64,000 nt of DNA from Octopus vulgaris (taxonomy: Eukaryota). This document shows, piece by piece, positions 39,990 to 53,408 of the stretch (position 1 is the stretch's first letter; every line of letters starts with the position of its first letter). Position numbers and translations under genes: made by a program. The notes beneath the pieces were generated by a model. The model searched no databases. It was not told the DNA's origin and worked only from the letters and a program-made list of their open reading frames with translations. Where the stretch lies: positions 48,298,001 through 48,362,000 of the forward strand of contig OX597823.1 of assembly GCA_951406725.2 (NCBI GenBank), in the 5' to 3' direction.

Positions 39990-40572
39990 GTACCAGGCAG
40001 TGGCCCTCGTGGATTCTGATCTTAACTGATTGGAAGTGTTATCATGTACATTGTTTTGTGTTGGTATAAACGATGAGCTACAGCAAATATTCTGCTCAAT
40101 ACCACAGATTTGCTTGTCAGTTGTTTGATCTTAACCAGTTGAGCATGTCCCTTAGTTGCTGATGATATGTGCATCTCTACAAGTAGAAGGAGTGGGGGAG
40201 TATCATAGCCATGTGTTGAAAGGAATTCTTTGAGGTTTGGATAATTCACCTTTGGAAACATAGGTGTTTTGTTCAACATCCTCAAACAGCCCTTATTCAA
40301 GGACCTTTTGAATGGGATGGGCTACTCAACTGAAGAAAATTCTAACTGATCCCCACCTGCAAGGTCATGTGCTGCTTATCTTGATATGAGATCACCATGT
40401 TGCGCACATATGGTTGTGATGCATGTGCCTAGGGTACCCTTATAAAACACAGATACTCACGACGGGTATACTGGGCTTCATATATTTTACCCCAGTGTCA
40501 CTTTGATGGCATGCACTGCTCTCTCACACACTAATAATAATAATAATAATAATGATAATAATAATAATAATG

Positions 40573-40630
<58 letters not shown>

Positions 40631-40687
40631 TAATAATAATAACCATAATAACAATAATAATATAATGATAATAATAATAATAATAAC
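39990..40687 (+). mobile_element. Non-LTR 3' region ending in (TAA)n (Dong/R4-like), copy 1
   Basis: Colinear with 63272-63545; both end GGCATGCACTGCTCTCTCAC then (TAA)n; family assignment is inferred from the TAA context. Confidence 0.65.
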
Positions 40688-40937
40688 TCTCAGCGAGTGA
40701 AGTGGAGTGCTGCGAAAGGCCGATAACAGCCATGGAGACACAGGAAGTGATGAAGAACTGCATGAGAGGCAGATCATTGGGTTTGGATGGTCTGCCCTAC
40801 AAGCTTTACATTTCAATGCCAGACTTATTTGTGGGTCTCTTAGCAGATGTTTACTGCAACTGGCAGCAGAATAGGGAATTCCCACTTTTGTCAGTCGAGG
40901 GGTGGCAGCACTACTGAGAAAGGACTCAAACAAGGGG
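40688..40937 (+). mobile_element. L1/Tx1-type RT-proximal fragment
   Basis: CERPITAME...GRSLGLDGLPYKLY...DLFVGLLADVY (KSPGxDG-like motif). Confidence 0.75.
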
Positions 40938-40959
40938 AATTTTCCGAAGTGAAGATGGC

Positions 40960-41400
40960 AGAGATATACAGTAATTTATATATGGAAGATTCTGGAGGAG
41001 CTGACATCAAACTTTGGTATCAAGAGTTATACCAGATCTAAATTGGACATCACTGCACTGTTCCAAAGGTCCCAGATATCCCATCTAGAGTGAGGTCAAT
41101 GTACTGCAATTGCTTAGGATTTGAGGGCCCAAAGCTATTCAATGCCTTGCCAAAACATCTGAGGGATCTTTATGGAGTAGGGGTAGGTGTTTTCAAGTAA
41201 CAACTTGATCTCCTGCTATCCAAGGTCCCAGGCGAACCAATATCAAGGCAGGAAACTCAAAAGAGCAGCAGTGTCAAATTCCCTCTTTCACTGAAAGCCA
41301 ATCACATAAGATTGGCCATAGAAAAACCTTGTTACAGTGTGTTCCATCATAGCTACACCCTATGGGATGAAACATTTGAAAGAATGCAAAAGAATATAAG
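40960..41400 (+). mobile_element. CR1/L2-group LINE 3' fragment, second copy of 33470-34056
   Basis: Long colinear identity, e.g. GACATCACTGCACTGTTCCAAAGGTCCCAG. Confidence 0.85.
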
Positions 41401-41649
41401 AATACTCTTGCAGACACACACACACTCACACACTCCCATATGCATATACATATGTGTATATGTATGTACATCGATAGGTTTATATAAATATATATGCATA
41501 TGTATGGAAAGTGGGCATTAACCGATGATGATGATGATGATGATGAGATAAACGTATATATAAATGCATATATATATATCTATATTATGTATGCATGTAT
41601 ATATATATATATATATATATAAATAAACACACACATATATATATGTATG

Positions 41650-41712
<63 letters not shown>

Positions 41713-41734
41713 ATATATATGTATATGTATATAT

Positions 41735-41872
41735 AATTATAAACAAGGGCAAAAGAAAGCATTTCTATACCAAAATGCTGAGAAATAGACTTTAAATTGT
41801 CAATCGATGATTTAAAGTCTATTTTTCAGCATGTTGGTATAGAATTTTTTTCTTTTACCCTTATTTATAATT
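41735..41872. repeat. Inverted repeat with ~63-bp arms inside (TA)n
   Basis: AATTATAAACAAGGG...ATAGACTTTAAAT / ATTTAAAGTCTAT...CCCTTATTTATAATT. Confidence 0.85.
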
Positions 41873-43240
41873 GTTTATAATTTTCACCATAAAAACTATT
41901 TTTAATATGCTGGCCACTCGATGAAACTTTTTGAAAAATTTAAACCTATATTAGAAGTAAATATATATATATTTACTTCTATATATATATATATATATAA
42001 CTGGCTTCTTTCAGTTTCTGTCTCCCAAATATACACACAAGGTTTTGGTTGGCCCAAGGCTATAGTAGAAGACACTTGATCAAACTGACATTCAGTGGGA
42101 CTGAACCCAGTACCATGTGGTTGGGAAGCAAGCTTCTAACCACACAGCCACATCTACACCTAAACTAAATTTATTTTGAAAATAATTAATATGCATACCC
42201 TATAGCTGAAGTTCATTAGGTAAATGGACCTAAACAAAAAGTTAATTGTTTCTCTGTTTTTATTTTAAAATTAACCAACATAGATAATTATTCCAATTTT
42301 TCTAAAACACTAAGTAAATCAATTTTCTCTTCTACTAAAGTATTTTTATTGCCATCTCCATCACCATCACCATCACCATCCCCAACACCAACACCATGGC
42401 AGCTTCCAGCAGTATTAGCACCATCATTACTACTACAATCATTTCGTGCACTAGTAAGCATCACTTCGCTTCCGCTATCAACACTTCTACATCAGCCAAC
42501 CTAATTTCTGTATTCAGTCCACACTAATTACATACCATGCTAATTCTGATCACCATCAGGCCCAGAATCTGCTCTGCTAGTAAGTTCTATGACTACAATA
42601 AACCTGAGGTTTTAGTCTACCTTATCATAGTGTAGAAAATATAGATTTAACTTATAAGGGGTAAAGACCCCTTTCAGTCATATATCACCATGGGATTGCA
42701 CCTAGAAAGTCACCCTCCAAGCAGGACCAGGTTAAGACCCATAAAAGCTCTAATTACTTATAGGATTTTGGTGCCCCTGTATGTATCTGTAATTCAAAAT
42801 ATAAACAATAATAACTATAAAATAAATATTTTATTTTTCAAAGTGAGACAAAGCTAACAGTAAGATGGAAAATAATGTTTAGTTCTGTACTCATCTCATT
42901 TATTTATATTTGAAAAGTTTTCTCCTACTTTTTTTCCATTGCACCATCTATGATCAGATCCTCAAAATTAATCTTACATAACACACTTGCTTCTATATTT
43001 AGTAGAGCTAAGGCATCCTGAATATTATTTTAGCAAGTATAAAGTGATTTCTTTTGTACTGTAAACCATTTCTGTGGTGCCCCCTTCCATACATGCTCTA
43101 AGCACATGCTTATTTTGCTTAATGGTTAACAAAATCTTTAAAATCTTTAACAAAATCTTTAACAAAACTGTCCGACAAATGGGAATGTGAAACTGTGAGT
43201 AACAGCTTTTGTTATATTTCTGCTGCTTTTAAATAAAGTA

Positions 43241-43356
<116 letters not shown>

Positions 43357-43521
43357 GGGTGACTTATTCACAATTTTACAATGTAAAGGCAGAAATATAA
43401 ATGTCACTTAAGTGACTAAGGGCACTAATCAGCACCAGTATTGCTAGAAATAAGAGTCAAAACAACCTTGCTTCGGTTGAGAGTAAATAATATAAATTTT
43501 GTCCTCTTGTGGATGGCCATC

Positions 43522-43554
<33 letters not shown>

Positions 43555-43556
43555 TA

Positions 43557-43780
43557 CAGGGTGCATAAGATATTTGAGGACAGATTTATGCTTATAAAAA
43601 AACAGCTGTATACTAACAGATAATAATTTTATTTATCAAAAAATGCTATGAGGATAAAAATTAAACCTTCTTTTCTATAATGTTATTCAATAAAGTCACC
43701 TTCAGCTTCAGCAACTGCTTCTATATGAGATCTAAATCACTTACATGCTCGAATCAAGTGGTCCTGGTTCATTTTCGACA
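43557..43780 (-). mobile_element. Tc1/mariner (maT-like) 3' end
   Basis: TA-CAGGGTGCA terminus; minus-strand MNQDHLIRACK*FRSHIEAVAEAEGDFIE*. Confidence 0.75.
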
Positions 43781-44407
43781 TTACTCATGATGATGATGTT
43801 GACAGTGATAATAATGAAGTTAATGATGATGACGACAACGATGATGATGATGACAACAATGATGATGATGACGATGATGATGATGATGGCGATGATGACA
43901 ATGACAACAATGATGATGATAATGATACTCACACACTCACATATAGGCCACCCTCAAACACCTAGAAATATTCACAATATTCCGGAACACTAAGTCAAAA
44001 CAAATATAGAAGACACATTCTCCACCAAATTGAAGCACCATGACCCTTGCAGAATCTCCAAGATTTGTATGATTAATGCAGTTGAGTTTACTTTGAACTA
44101 CTGTCTGTCAAAATCTATAACAGCAATGGCAGGTACACTCTGAACAAATGTACCTTACCCACTTATGATGTAACCACCAGAAAAAGGCAGTAGAATGGAG
44201 CAAACACAACATGCACAGACCTTCTTAGAATATTCCATACTTAAAAACTGTTGCCTGCTTTGGTATACAATATGTCCATTAAGTAAAAGTATGGTATATC
44301 TGGAATACTATTGCTATAGACTACATCTGGTGGTTTGATTTCTGACTTACCGCTATGCTGCAGGTTTACTCAATAAAATTACACAATGATGGTAAGTAGA
44401 AAAAAAT

Positions 44408-44803
44408 GGGTGCAGTCATGAGTATTTGGTTAAGAAGCTTATTTCTCAGCTATGGGGTACTGGGTTCGATTCTACTGTGTGGTATCTTGCACAAATGTCT
44501 TCTACTATAGCATCTAGTCAGCCAATGCCTTGTGAGTGGATTTGGTAGACGGAAGCTCGTGTTGTGTGTGTATGTAAGTGAGGTTGTTTTTAGCCTTGTT
44601 TTGATGTCATATGATGGCTGTGAATGAGTGAGGTTGTTTATTTCTAGACTTCTGTGAAAAACATGTCAGTATTCAGTGGAATATCACCTTGCTTGGAAAT
44701 AGGTGAGAAGTTGGCAAAAAGGAAGGGCATCTGACCATTGGAAATCAGTCTTAACAAATCTTGTCTGACCCATGCAAGCATGGAAAAATGGACATTAAAT
44801 GAG
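44408..44803 (+). mobile_element. SINE with family-B head and RTE-type tail
   Basis: GCCTTGTGAGTGGATTTGGTAGACGGAA body; tail GGAAGGGCATC...CCCATGCAAGCATGGAAAAATGGACATTAAATG. Confidence 0.7.
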
Positions 44804-44959
44804 GAGAGGGGGGAGGAGGAGGAGGATCACAATGAACACAAACATGCCACCCTCTTGCAAAAAACATTAACACTTTTAGCACCATTGTTATCAAAACAGA
44901 TTATATCTTGAATCTAACACTTGTTTTATCATTGTATAATTATACTGTAAGTATCCATC

Positions 44960-45680
44960 TCTCAACATTCTGAGTTCAAATTCCACTGAGATCAGTTTTG
45001 GCTTTTGCCCATAGGATATTGGTTTCAAATTTTCACACAAGGCCAGCAATTTGGGGAGGGGAGAGTAAGTCGATTACATTGACTCCAGTACTCAACTGGT
45101 ACTTATTATATTGACCCTGAGAGGTTGAAAGGTAAAGTCAACCTTGATAGAATACGAACTCAGAATATAAGATGGATGAGATGCTGCTAAGCATTTTGCC
45201 TGGCATCCTAGTGATTCTGCCAGCTTGCTACTTTCTTTCATCCTTAGGATATTGGTTTAAAACTTTTGCACAAAGCCAGCAATGTTGGAGGAGGGAGTAA
45301 GTCAATTATGTCAACTTCAGTGCTCATCTGGTACTTATTTTATCTATCTGAAAGGGTGAAAGGTAAAACTGACTTTGGCAGAATTTGAACTCAGAACATA
45401 AAGACAGATGAAATACCACTAAGCATTTTGCAAGAAATGCTAATGATTCTGCCAGCTCAAAGCCTTCTTTCATCCTTAGAATATTGATAAAATAAAGTTC
45501 CAGATAATACTGGGGTTGACTTAATCAACTAAACTCTTCCCCGACAATGTTGTGACCCCATGTCTATGTTAGAAATTGTTTGTTAGGACATTAGTGTTTA
45601 GTTATTGATGCTCTAAGTTCAAATCCTACCAAGGTTAACTTTGCCTTCGATCCTTCTGGAATCAATAAAATAAAGTGCTT
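44960..45680. mobile_element. Cluster of family-A SINEs in both orientations
   Basis: Two minus-strand copies (about 45017-45230 and 45248-45460) within plus-strand fragments. Confidence 0.8.
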
Positions 45681-46326
45681 GTGAACTGAAGTAGCTCACT
45701 TCAGTTTCCTCAATGTACCCAGATGTATATCCTCTACTAACATGGTACAGCAATTTGTGTTCCCCCAGGTTACATCAGCTATAACCATCACCATCATGAT
45801 GATGATGATCATCATCATCATCGTTGTTGTTGTGATCATTAATATCTTCACCATTATCATGGTGATCTTTTTTTTTTCCTACATGCATCCAGAACATTCA
45901 AAAATTGACTGCTGAAATTGGAACAATCAACTCAATAAAGCTACAGACTTCAACTGATGTTCCCCTCCCTAAAACAGGGCCATTAACACCTGAAGAAATC
46001 TAAGTTCAAGACTGGAAACTTATATTGAAAAGCTGCTTACTAAACTGCAAGGTCATTTGCTGAAGGATTTCCTGTAAAGAAGTTAGTTCCAAAGCAGAAT
46101 GAAATCAATAGCTTACTGCTTGTCTTATTCTTTATTTTCTGAAAAACTTTCCATTAGCAAATTCCAGTTTCATCTTAAACCTTATTTTAGTATTTTATCC
46201 AGTTTTATTGTTTATTTTTGATGTTTCACTGTATACCTATTATTATCATCACTATTATTATTGTTGTTGCTGTTGTTATCATCATTATTATTACCATTAT
46301 TATTATTATTGTTATTATTACTATTA

Positions 46327-46361
<35 letters not shown>

Positions 46362-48152
46362 TTAAACCAAAGTTTCTATCAATCTAGCTATAATTCTACA
46401 ATCTCAATGTTTCAAAAACTGTTTTCTTCAATATTTGAATTCAAATTTAATCATCTCTACTCCACATCTTCCTAGTATCTTAAAGGCAATTGTTTTGTTT
46501 AGAAGTAGGTTTTTCTCCAATTTTATGCCACTTATCAACAGATTTAAACCCATTTCTCCATTTAATGGCCAATAGATTAGATCTTATGCTCTTAAATGTT
46601 TTCACTATGCTTTTGTATAATTTGTTTGGTCCTATAATACTTCGCGGATTGAAATATAAGCTCTATTAGCTGTTTACATGAGTTATTTACTGGTAAATAA
46701 CATTTTGATGGCAAATAATTTATCAACCATGTTCTGTTTTGTTTTTCCCGCTTCCTTAATTTTCTTTTTCTTTTTGGTTTCCTTTATCATCAATCTCAAA
46801 CTGATATGTCTCAGCAATAATTTGGTTCAACTCCAGCAATGAGCATATCAAGTTTACTGTCAGGAAATATTCCCATTTTTATCACAATACACCACCTTAA
46901 TACACTGCAAAACTATTAAGCTTTCCATTAAACTAAAACATTAATAAATCATATAAATTTATCCAGACTCCTTTTCCCATATAGGTAATTTTAATTTGCT
47001 TTTCATTAGAAAGTTGGCAATTTTCTGGCTGTGATTGGTCACATGTTTATTAAACGGTTTCTATTTGTGATATCATACAGTCTTTAGTAATATCAACTAC
47101 GCATTTCTGATTGCTCCATCGCACTTGCAACTGACAAGAGAAAGAAAATTAACTTATTCAGAATAAAATAATAATGATAGAAAAAAAATTAAAAAAAGAA
47201 TAAATACAAAAAACGAAAATGGAAAACATTAGACTAAGCTACAATTTCTATTTCTACTTAAAAGTAATCACCATTTGCAAAATAATTTCAAATTTGGATT
47301 TATTTTTTCCCTGTGGGTGTTTTCACTCTCTAAGCTAATTTCATCACTTCCAGCATCCAAGTGTAATTGCTTTTTCAACTGTGACTATTTTATTTTTTAG
47401 TCTATAATGTTTATAGTATGCTTCTTCACAGTTCATCTTTACAGTCAGACCTCTGATATTCAACATTAGTTCTTCTCATTGTAACAGTCTGTCTTTACTT
47501 AGACCTCTGCTACTAGAACATCGTTTAAAATGACTTTAAATTGAATTCAACAATAATATCATACCACATTCTATGTCTGTAGACATGAATAAATTTTAAG
47601 AATTTTCAATAAAGATTTTGGTTATTCTAATCTTAAATTTGTTTTGTATTTGTTTGTTTTTTTATTTTATTTTTTTGGATTTTTGGATTTCTTTTTTTAC
47701 TGTATTGCAAGTAATAGCAATGTCACATCACAATAATTTTAATTTTACGGTAACTATTAAGCTACAGTAAAATGAAATATAAAACATTCAATGCAAAGAA
47801 AAAAGAAAAAAAAATGAATTAAAGTATTTAATGAAAGAAAATTGTTTAAATAATTATAAACTGAATGTAAGTTTGAATTGTTCTGGTAGACAGACTATTT
47901 AATTCAAAGTTCCTCCATTACACATGTTGCTGTGCCTTTATTCAAGATGCTACAGACTATATCAAAAGAAAGATTCTGTCACCTACAGAAATTAGGATCT
48001 CTTTAGTAACTTACAAGTAAAGAAATTGAAAAGTGGATTGAAGAATATATTAAAAATCATCATCATCATTGTCATCATCGGTGTTGTCATCATTAGTGAC
48101 ACTGCTGTTGTGACTGTCACGACCACCTATAAATATTTGAGGTTTCATGCTG

Positions 48153-48235
48153 TCATAGCAGGATGTGTGTCTCCTGTAGAGAATCACTCTTTGAGTTTGA
48201 TTTAATGTCATTTTCCATTTGAGATACAGTATGAT
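48153..48235 (-). CDS. Candidate exon of an unknown gene or lncRNA (possible terminal coding exon)
   Basis: Strong acceptor CTTCTCTTTATACTTTCTATACTTTCAG at 48236 onward; one frame gives HTVSQMENDIKSNSKSDSLQETHILL*; frame is ambiguous. Confidence 0.3.
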
Positions 48236-48283
48236 CTGAAAGTATAGAAAGTATAAAGAGAAGTGTATGTGTGTGTGCATGTG

Positions 48284-48326
<43 letters not shown>

Positions 48327-48353
48327 ATATATATGTATGTATATATGTGTATG

Positions 48354-48397
<44 letters not shown>

Positions 48398-48550
48398 TAG
48401 AGAGATGGATATATACCTACAAACATACATACATACATACATACATACAGGCAGAAATATTTTGGAAACCTCAAAAATAAATAATATTACTTCTACATAG
48501 ACACACACACATATACATCCATACGAATATGCATATAAAATAAAACTTAC

Positions 48551-48585
48551 ATGTATATTCTGTGTCTTTGTATGAAAGCTTTGAG
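48551..48585 (-). CDS. Candidate 35-nt internal exon
   Basis: Acceptor TTACTGTTTTCAG, donor GTAAGT (48545-48550); stop-free in all frames; splices to 48235 across a 315-nt intron. Confidence 0.3.
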
Positions 48586-49316
48586 CTGAAAACAGTAATG
48601 TTTGTTGAGATGCCCTGTTAAAAAGAAATTGCCCTCAAGCTCTATACTTTCAAAGTTGAGTGAAATAAAATATCCTTATTTGAAAATCACATAAGGTTCA
48701 GTGATGGTTGTCTCTTGTAGTCTAAGAAAGACAGTCCTGCAATTTCTTATTGAACAACCTGCACAAACGATTTGTTTATAATGATCAAAAGTATGTGCTG
48801 AACATTAGCTCATTCTCTCCATCAACTCCACATTGCCTGAACAAATGCATATGATCAGAGAACAATGTGAAATTAAGTGTTTTGATGAAGAACACAACAC
48901 ACCACCTAGCCCAGGAACTAAAATCATAATCTCACAATCATGAATGGAACTCCCAAATCAGTAGGCCATACACCCTCAACCACACACACACACACATCTC
49001 TCTATGTATGTATGTATGTATGTATGTATGTATGTATGTATGTATGTATGTATGCATGCATGTATGTATGTATGTATGTATATATGTATGTATGTATGTA
49101 TGTATATATGTATGTAGTGGCTGTGTGGTAAGAAACATACTTCCTAACAACATGGTGTAAAGATGTGCTTACATCTTCAGATATATGGAGTCTGACTAAA
49201 GAGAGTTTAAAGATGGCTTCTCGATGAGAATATTTAGGCTTCTATTGACCCATTGAGTTCACATGTATAACATGATAAAGCAGCAATGCTATGATCCCAT
49301 GTGATAGAAAAGATAG

Positions 49317-49545
49317 GCAGCAAGCTGGCTGAAATGTTAGCATGCCGGATGAGATGCTTAGCGGTATTTCATCTGTCTTAACGTTCTGAGTTCAAAATTC
49401 CGCCGAGGTTGACTGCCTTTCATCCTTTCGGAGTCGATAAATTAAGTATCAGTTACACACTGGAGTCGATGTAATCGACTTAATCCCTTTGTCTGTCCTT
49501 GTTTGTCCCCTCTATGTTTAGCCCCTTGTGGGCAATAAAGAAATA
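49317..49545 (+). mobile_element. SINE family A with 11-bp TSD
   Basis: AGAAAAGATAG at 49306-49316 and 49546-49556. Confidence 0.9.
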
Positions 49546-49994
49546 AGAAAAGATAGTCTATTGGTAACAGGCAGTTGGCAATCTGTAGGGTTTAACAATT
49601 CAGTGACATCAAATAGAGACGTTTTGTACAATAAACAAGGATTTTTTTGTTTTGCAGTTGTGCCTGAAACAGTCAGGATAAAAGTGATCTTCTTTGAATA
49701 TAAATACCCAATGGCCTGACTGAGTATATCATTAGCGGCAACAATAGGATATAACAATTTTCTTAAGCACTGGTGCTATGTAAAATGCACTTGTGCTGAT
49801 GCTGCATACACGCCTCCTTGCTGGTAGTATGTAAACAGCATCCAGCATACTCTGTAAAGAGGTTGGCATTAGGAAGGGCATCTAGACACAGAAACTGTAC
49901 CACAACAGACAATTGGAGCCTGGACAGCTCACTGGCTGGCCAACATCTGTGAAACTATCTAACCCATGCCAGCAAGGAGAATGGACGTTAAATA

Positions 49995-50039
<45 letters not shown>

Positions 50040-50231
50040 GTGATGATGAGGGACACTGCAGGCTGCTGCAGTATATGTAGTTTCTCTCTGAGGCAGAGCT
50101 GACCATGTCAAATGTATGTATCCATACATATATATATAGGGAGAATTCACAAAAAAACAAACAAAAGACAAAGACAGGTGGTGTAGACAACAAACAGATG
50201 TATTAGTATAATGCTCAGGAAGTGAAAAAGT

Positions 50232-50267
50232 CTTTAACATTTCAGGCCTATGCTTTTCCACAGAAAG
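50232..50267 (-). ncRNA. Degenerate minimal hammerhead-like motif
   Basis: CTTT-CTGTGGA-A-AAGC-ATAG-GCCT-GAAATGTT-AAAG; same architecture as 34212 and 53092. Confidence 0.35.
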
Positions 50268-50459
50268 GAACACAGAAAGAAACAGGGAGAGAAAATAAAG
50301 AATGTGTAGTGGCTAGCAATCCATTATGGCGATTGCCAGACAGAGGGGTCACACAGGCGAGCTAGGAAGAAGGGGAGATAATAAAGTAGTGGTGATCCCT
50401 AAATGAAAGTGCACGTATACACATGTGTGTGTGTGTATGTGTGTATATGTGTGTGTATG

Positions 50460-50900
50460 TAGTGGCTGTGTGGTAAGAAGCATGCTTCTTAACCTTGTGG
50501 TTCCGGATTCAGTCCTACTACGTGGCACCTTAGGCAAGTGTCTTGTACTATAACCTCTGGCTGACCAAGGCCTTGTAAGAGGATTTAGTAAATGGAAACC
50601 GGAAGAAGCCCATTGCATATATGTGTGTGTGTGCATGTGTGTGTGTCTGTGTGTGTGTATGTGTCTGTGTGTATGCACGTGTGCTTGCATGTGCCTTTAT
50701 GTCTGTTTGTCCCCCACAACTGCTTGACAATTGATTTTGTGGTGTTCACATCCCTGTAACTTAGCAGTTATGGAAAAAAAGACCACTTTAATAAATACCA
50801 GGCTTCACGAAACAATTAAGTACTGGGGTCAATTCATTCAACTAAAAATTCATCAATGCAGTGCCCCAGCATGGCCACAGTTTAACAATAGAAACAGGTA
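50460..50900 (+). mobile_element. SINE family B
   Basis: Match to 12467-12894. Confidence 0.85.
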
Positions 50901-52562
50901 TTGAAAATAGATTTTAAAAAATATATATTTTATCTTTTATTTTTTTACTTGATTCAATCATTAGACTGCAGCTATGCTGTGGAACTGCCTTGAAGAATAT
51001 TTAGTTGAATGAATCGACCCTTCAAATGAAAGAATAGAGCAAAACCAAAAGATTCAAGAATAGAAAGAAATCAATGGTGAATACAAATATGTATCATTTA
51101 CTGTATCATATTCCCATAATGCCATAAGGATCATATTGGCCAAAAAGGATCAAAAGGAATTGATCGGTTTAGAGTGCCTAACCAACCAAATCAAGGATTT
51201 ATCTATGAGAAATATTCAATACAGTGAACATCAAGATGTTTGTGCAAAGTGAAAGTTCAAAATATACCTTTTTTTTAATTAAAGGAAGAAAATGATCAAT
51301 TGTAAAAATAAAATCAATTCTTTATAAGAATCCAAAATTTGAAATTAAGCCAGAAATATTCAACACTTCTATTAAAAATAGTTTCTTCCATACTCTGATG
51401 TTTTGGCTCCTTGGAAGAGCAAAAATTGAGCTTGCAAGTAAACATTAGCTCTTTCAGGTGTGATGTGGTGATTTATAATATCATACTTCTCAGTCAAACA
51501 TAAATTGCAAAGTTTTAAAATATTATTCAGTGTGGCTTTACCTAACATAGATTACACCACCTGGATAAACTCACCCCTATCTTTCTTTTGAAAAATAACT
51601 TTGAGAGGGAGATAAAGTTTTCTTTGTGATGGTGTTTGAAATGGCTCATATGCTGGCACAGTCAGCTCTGAAGTGTGTTTTCTACAAGCCATTTTTTTTT
51701 TACCCTTAGATACAGCAGCTTAATAATAAAAATTCCTTTTTAAGTTTATATGTTTTTATAGTTTACTATATCTTTCTTTTACAATGTCTTTCCTTCTTAT
51801 TATTCACGTTTTCTGTGTAGATGTGATCACTTAGATTGAATAGAATATTAGACATTATATTTCTGTACAATCAGCAAATCAGTAGAGGTAAACCAATTAG
51901 AGATGAGTTAACAGCTGGGAGTATCAAATTAATATTCTATCTGCAAATTTATGCTTGACCAACTACGTATGTCTAAACTGTAACATGACGTTTTCGACCA
52001 TTGTGCAATGCATGCAGCTGATCTGAGAATTATCAGCTGTTTTGCCATATTAAAAGTGTTCCTGTAGCTGAAAGGCTATCAACTTTAAACGACTTGTCTG
52101 CATCTGAAAATACTTGACTTTACCTAATCATCTATTTTATTTCCCTGCTAGCTTTCAGCAATTTATACTATAGTATTTCCTTCAGTGAAAGAGAGAGAAA
52201 TCTAAGTTTCAAACATGAGAGTCTTTCAGTAATGATGAATTTGTGAGCTGATGAGATGTCTGATAATTGGGAATAGATACAGTGAGGTATGTATTAAATG
52301 ATCACAGACACCCATACAATCTCTGATTTTTTTTGATGCGATTATTGAATGAAGTAAGGTGATGGATTATAAACCTTCATTGACAAGAGGAATCAATCAA
52401 TATAAAACCTGTCATTTTTCATTAACGTACAGTAAAAAAAAAACACTCCCTATACTATATTAGTGAAATACAGCAGATGATTGGAATTCGATTTTTTATC
52501 CTTTTGTTGTTGTTGTTGTTGTTGTGACATTTGTATCTGTTAGCATTTATCATTTGTCTGTC

Positions 52563-52995
52563 GCTTGTTTCAGTCATTAGACTGCAACCATGCTGGGGTA
52601 CCACCTTGAAGAATTTTTAGTACTGTTTTCTTTTTTTTTTTAAGCCGGGTACTTATTCTGTTGGTCTCTTTTACTAAACTGCTAAGTTATGGGGACATAA
52701 ACAAACCAACACCTGTTGTCAAGCAGTGGTGAGGTAGAAAAACAGACATGAAGACACACACATAGCTACATATAAATATATATATATATCATCATCATTA
52801 TCATCGTTTAACGTCCTAACGTCCGTTTTCCATGTCTAGCATGGGTTGGACAGTTCAACCGGAGTCTGGGAAGCCAAGAGGCTGCACCAGGCTCCAGTCT
52901 GATCTGGCAGTGTTTTCTACAGCTGGATGCCCTTCCTAACACCAACCACTCTGTGAGTGTAGTGGGTGCTTTTTACGTGCCACCGGCACGGGTGC
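52563..52995 (-). mobile_element. Family-B SINE 3' half followed by an RTE 3' end
   Basis: Reverse-complement matches to both families. Confidence 0.8.
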
Positions 52996-53091
52996 CATAT
53001 ATATATATATATGTGTGTGTGTGACCGTGTATGTATCATTGGCGATTTTCATTCTCTGTCTTCCCATCCTTGGACCTTTCCTTTTTCTATG

Positions 53092-53124
53092 TTTCTGATG
53101 AAGAGCTCTGCTCGAAGCATTAGA
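53092..53124 (+). ncRNA. Degenerate minimal hammerhead-like motif
   Basis: CTGATGA-A-GAGC-TCT-GCTC-GAAGCATT; intact CUGAUGA and stem II, decayed GAAAC/stem III. Confidence 0.5.
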
Positions 53125-53219
53125 TCCTCCTTCTTTCTTTCCTTTCCTGAGTATCTAATAACAATATACTTGTTCCATATCCTCACGTTGTCGTGTTTTC
53201 TCTTTGTTCATGTTTGGAT

Positions 53220-53262
<43 letters not shown>

Positions 53263-53335
53263 ACATATATTCATACATATATATATGTTTATATATATAC
53301 ACACATACACATATATTCATACATATATATATGTT

Positions 53336-53408
<73 letters not shown>

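Noticed and set aside
51575-51681. Minus-strand exon with GTGAGT donor and one open frame
   Set aside because: Acceptor is preceded by a poly-A run rather than a pyrimidine tract
52232-52264. C/D-box snoRNA (ATGATGA...CTGA)
   Set aside because: Boxes are only about 30 nt apart with no convincing terminal stem
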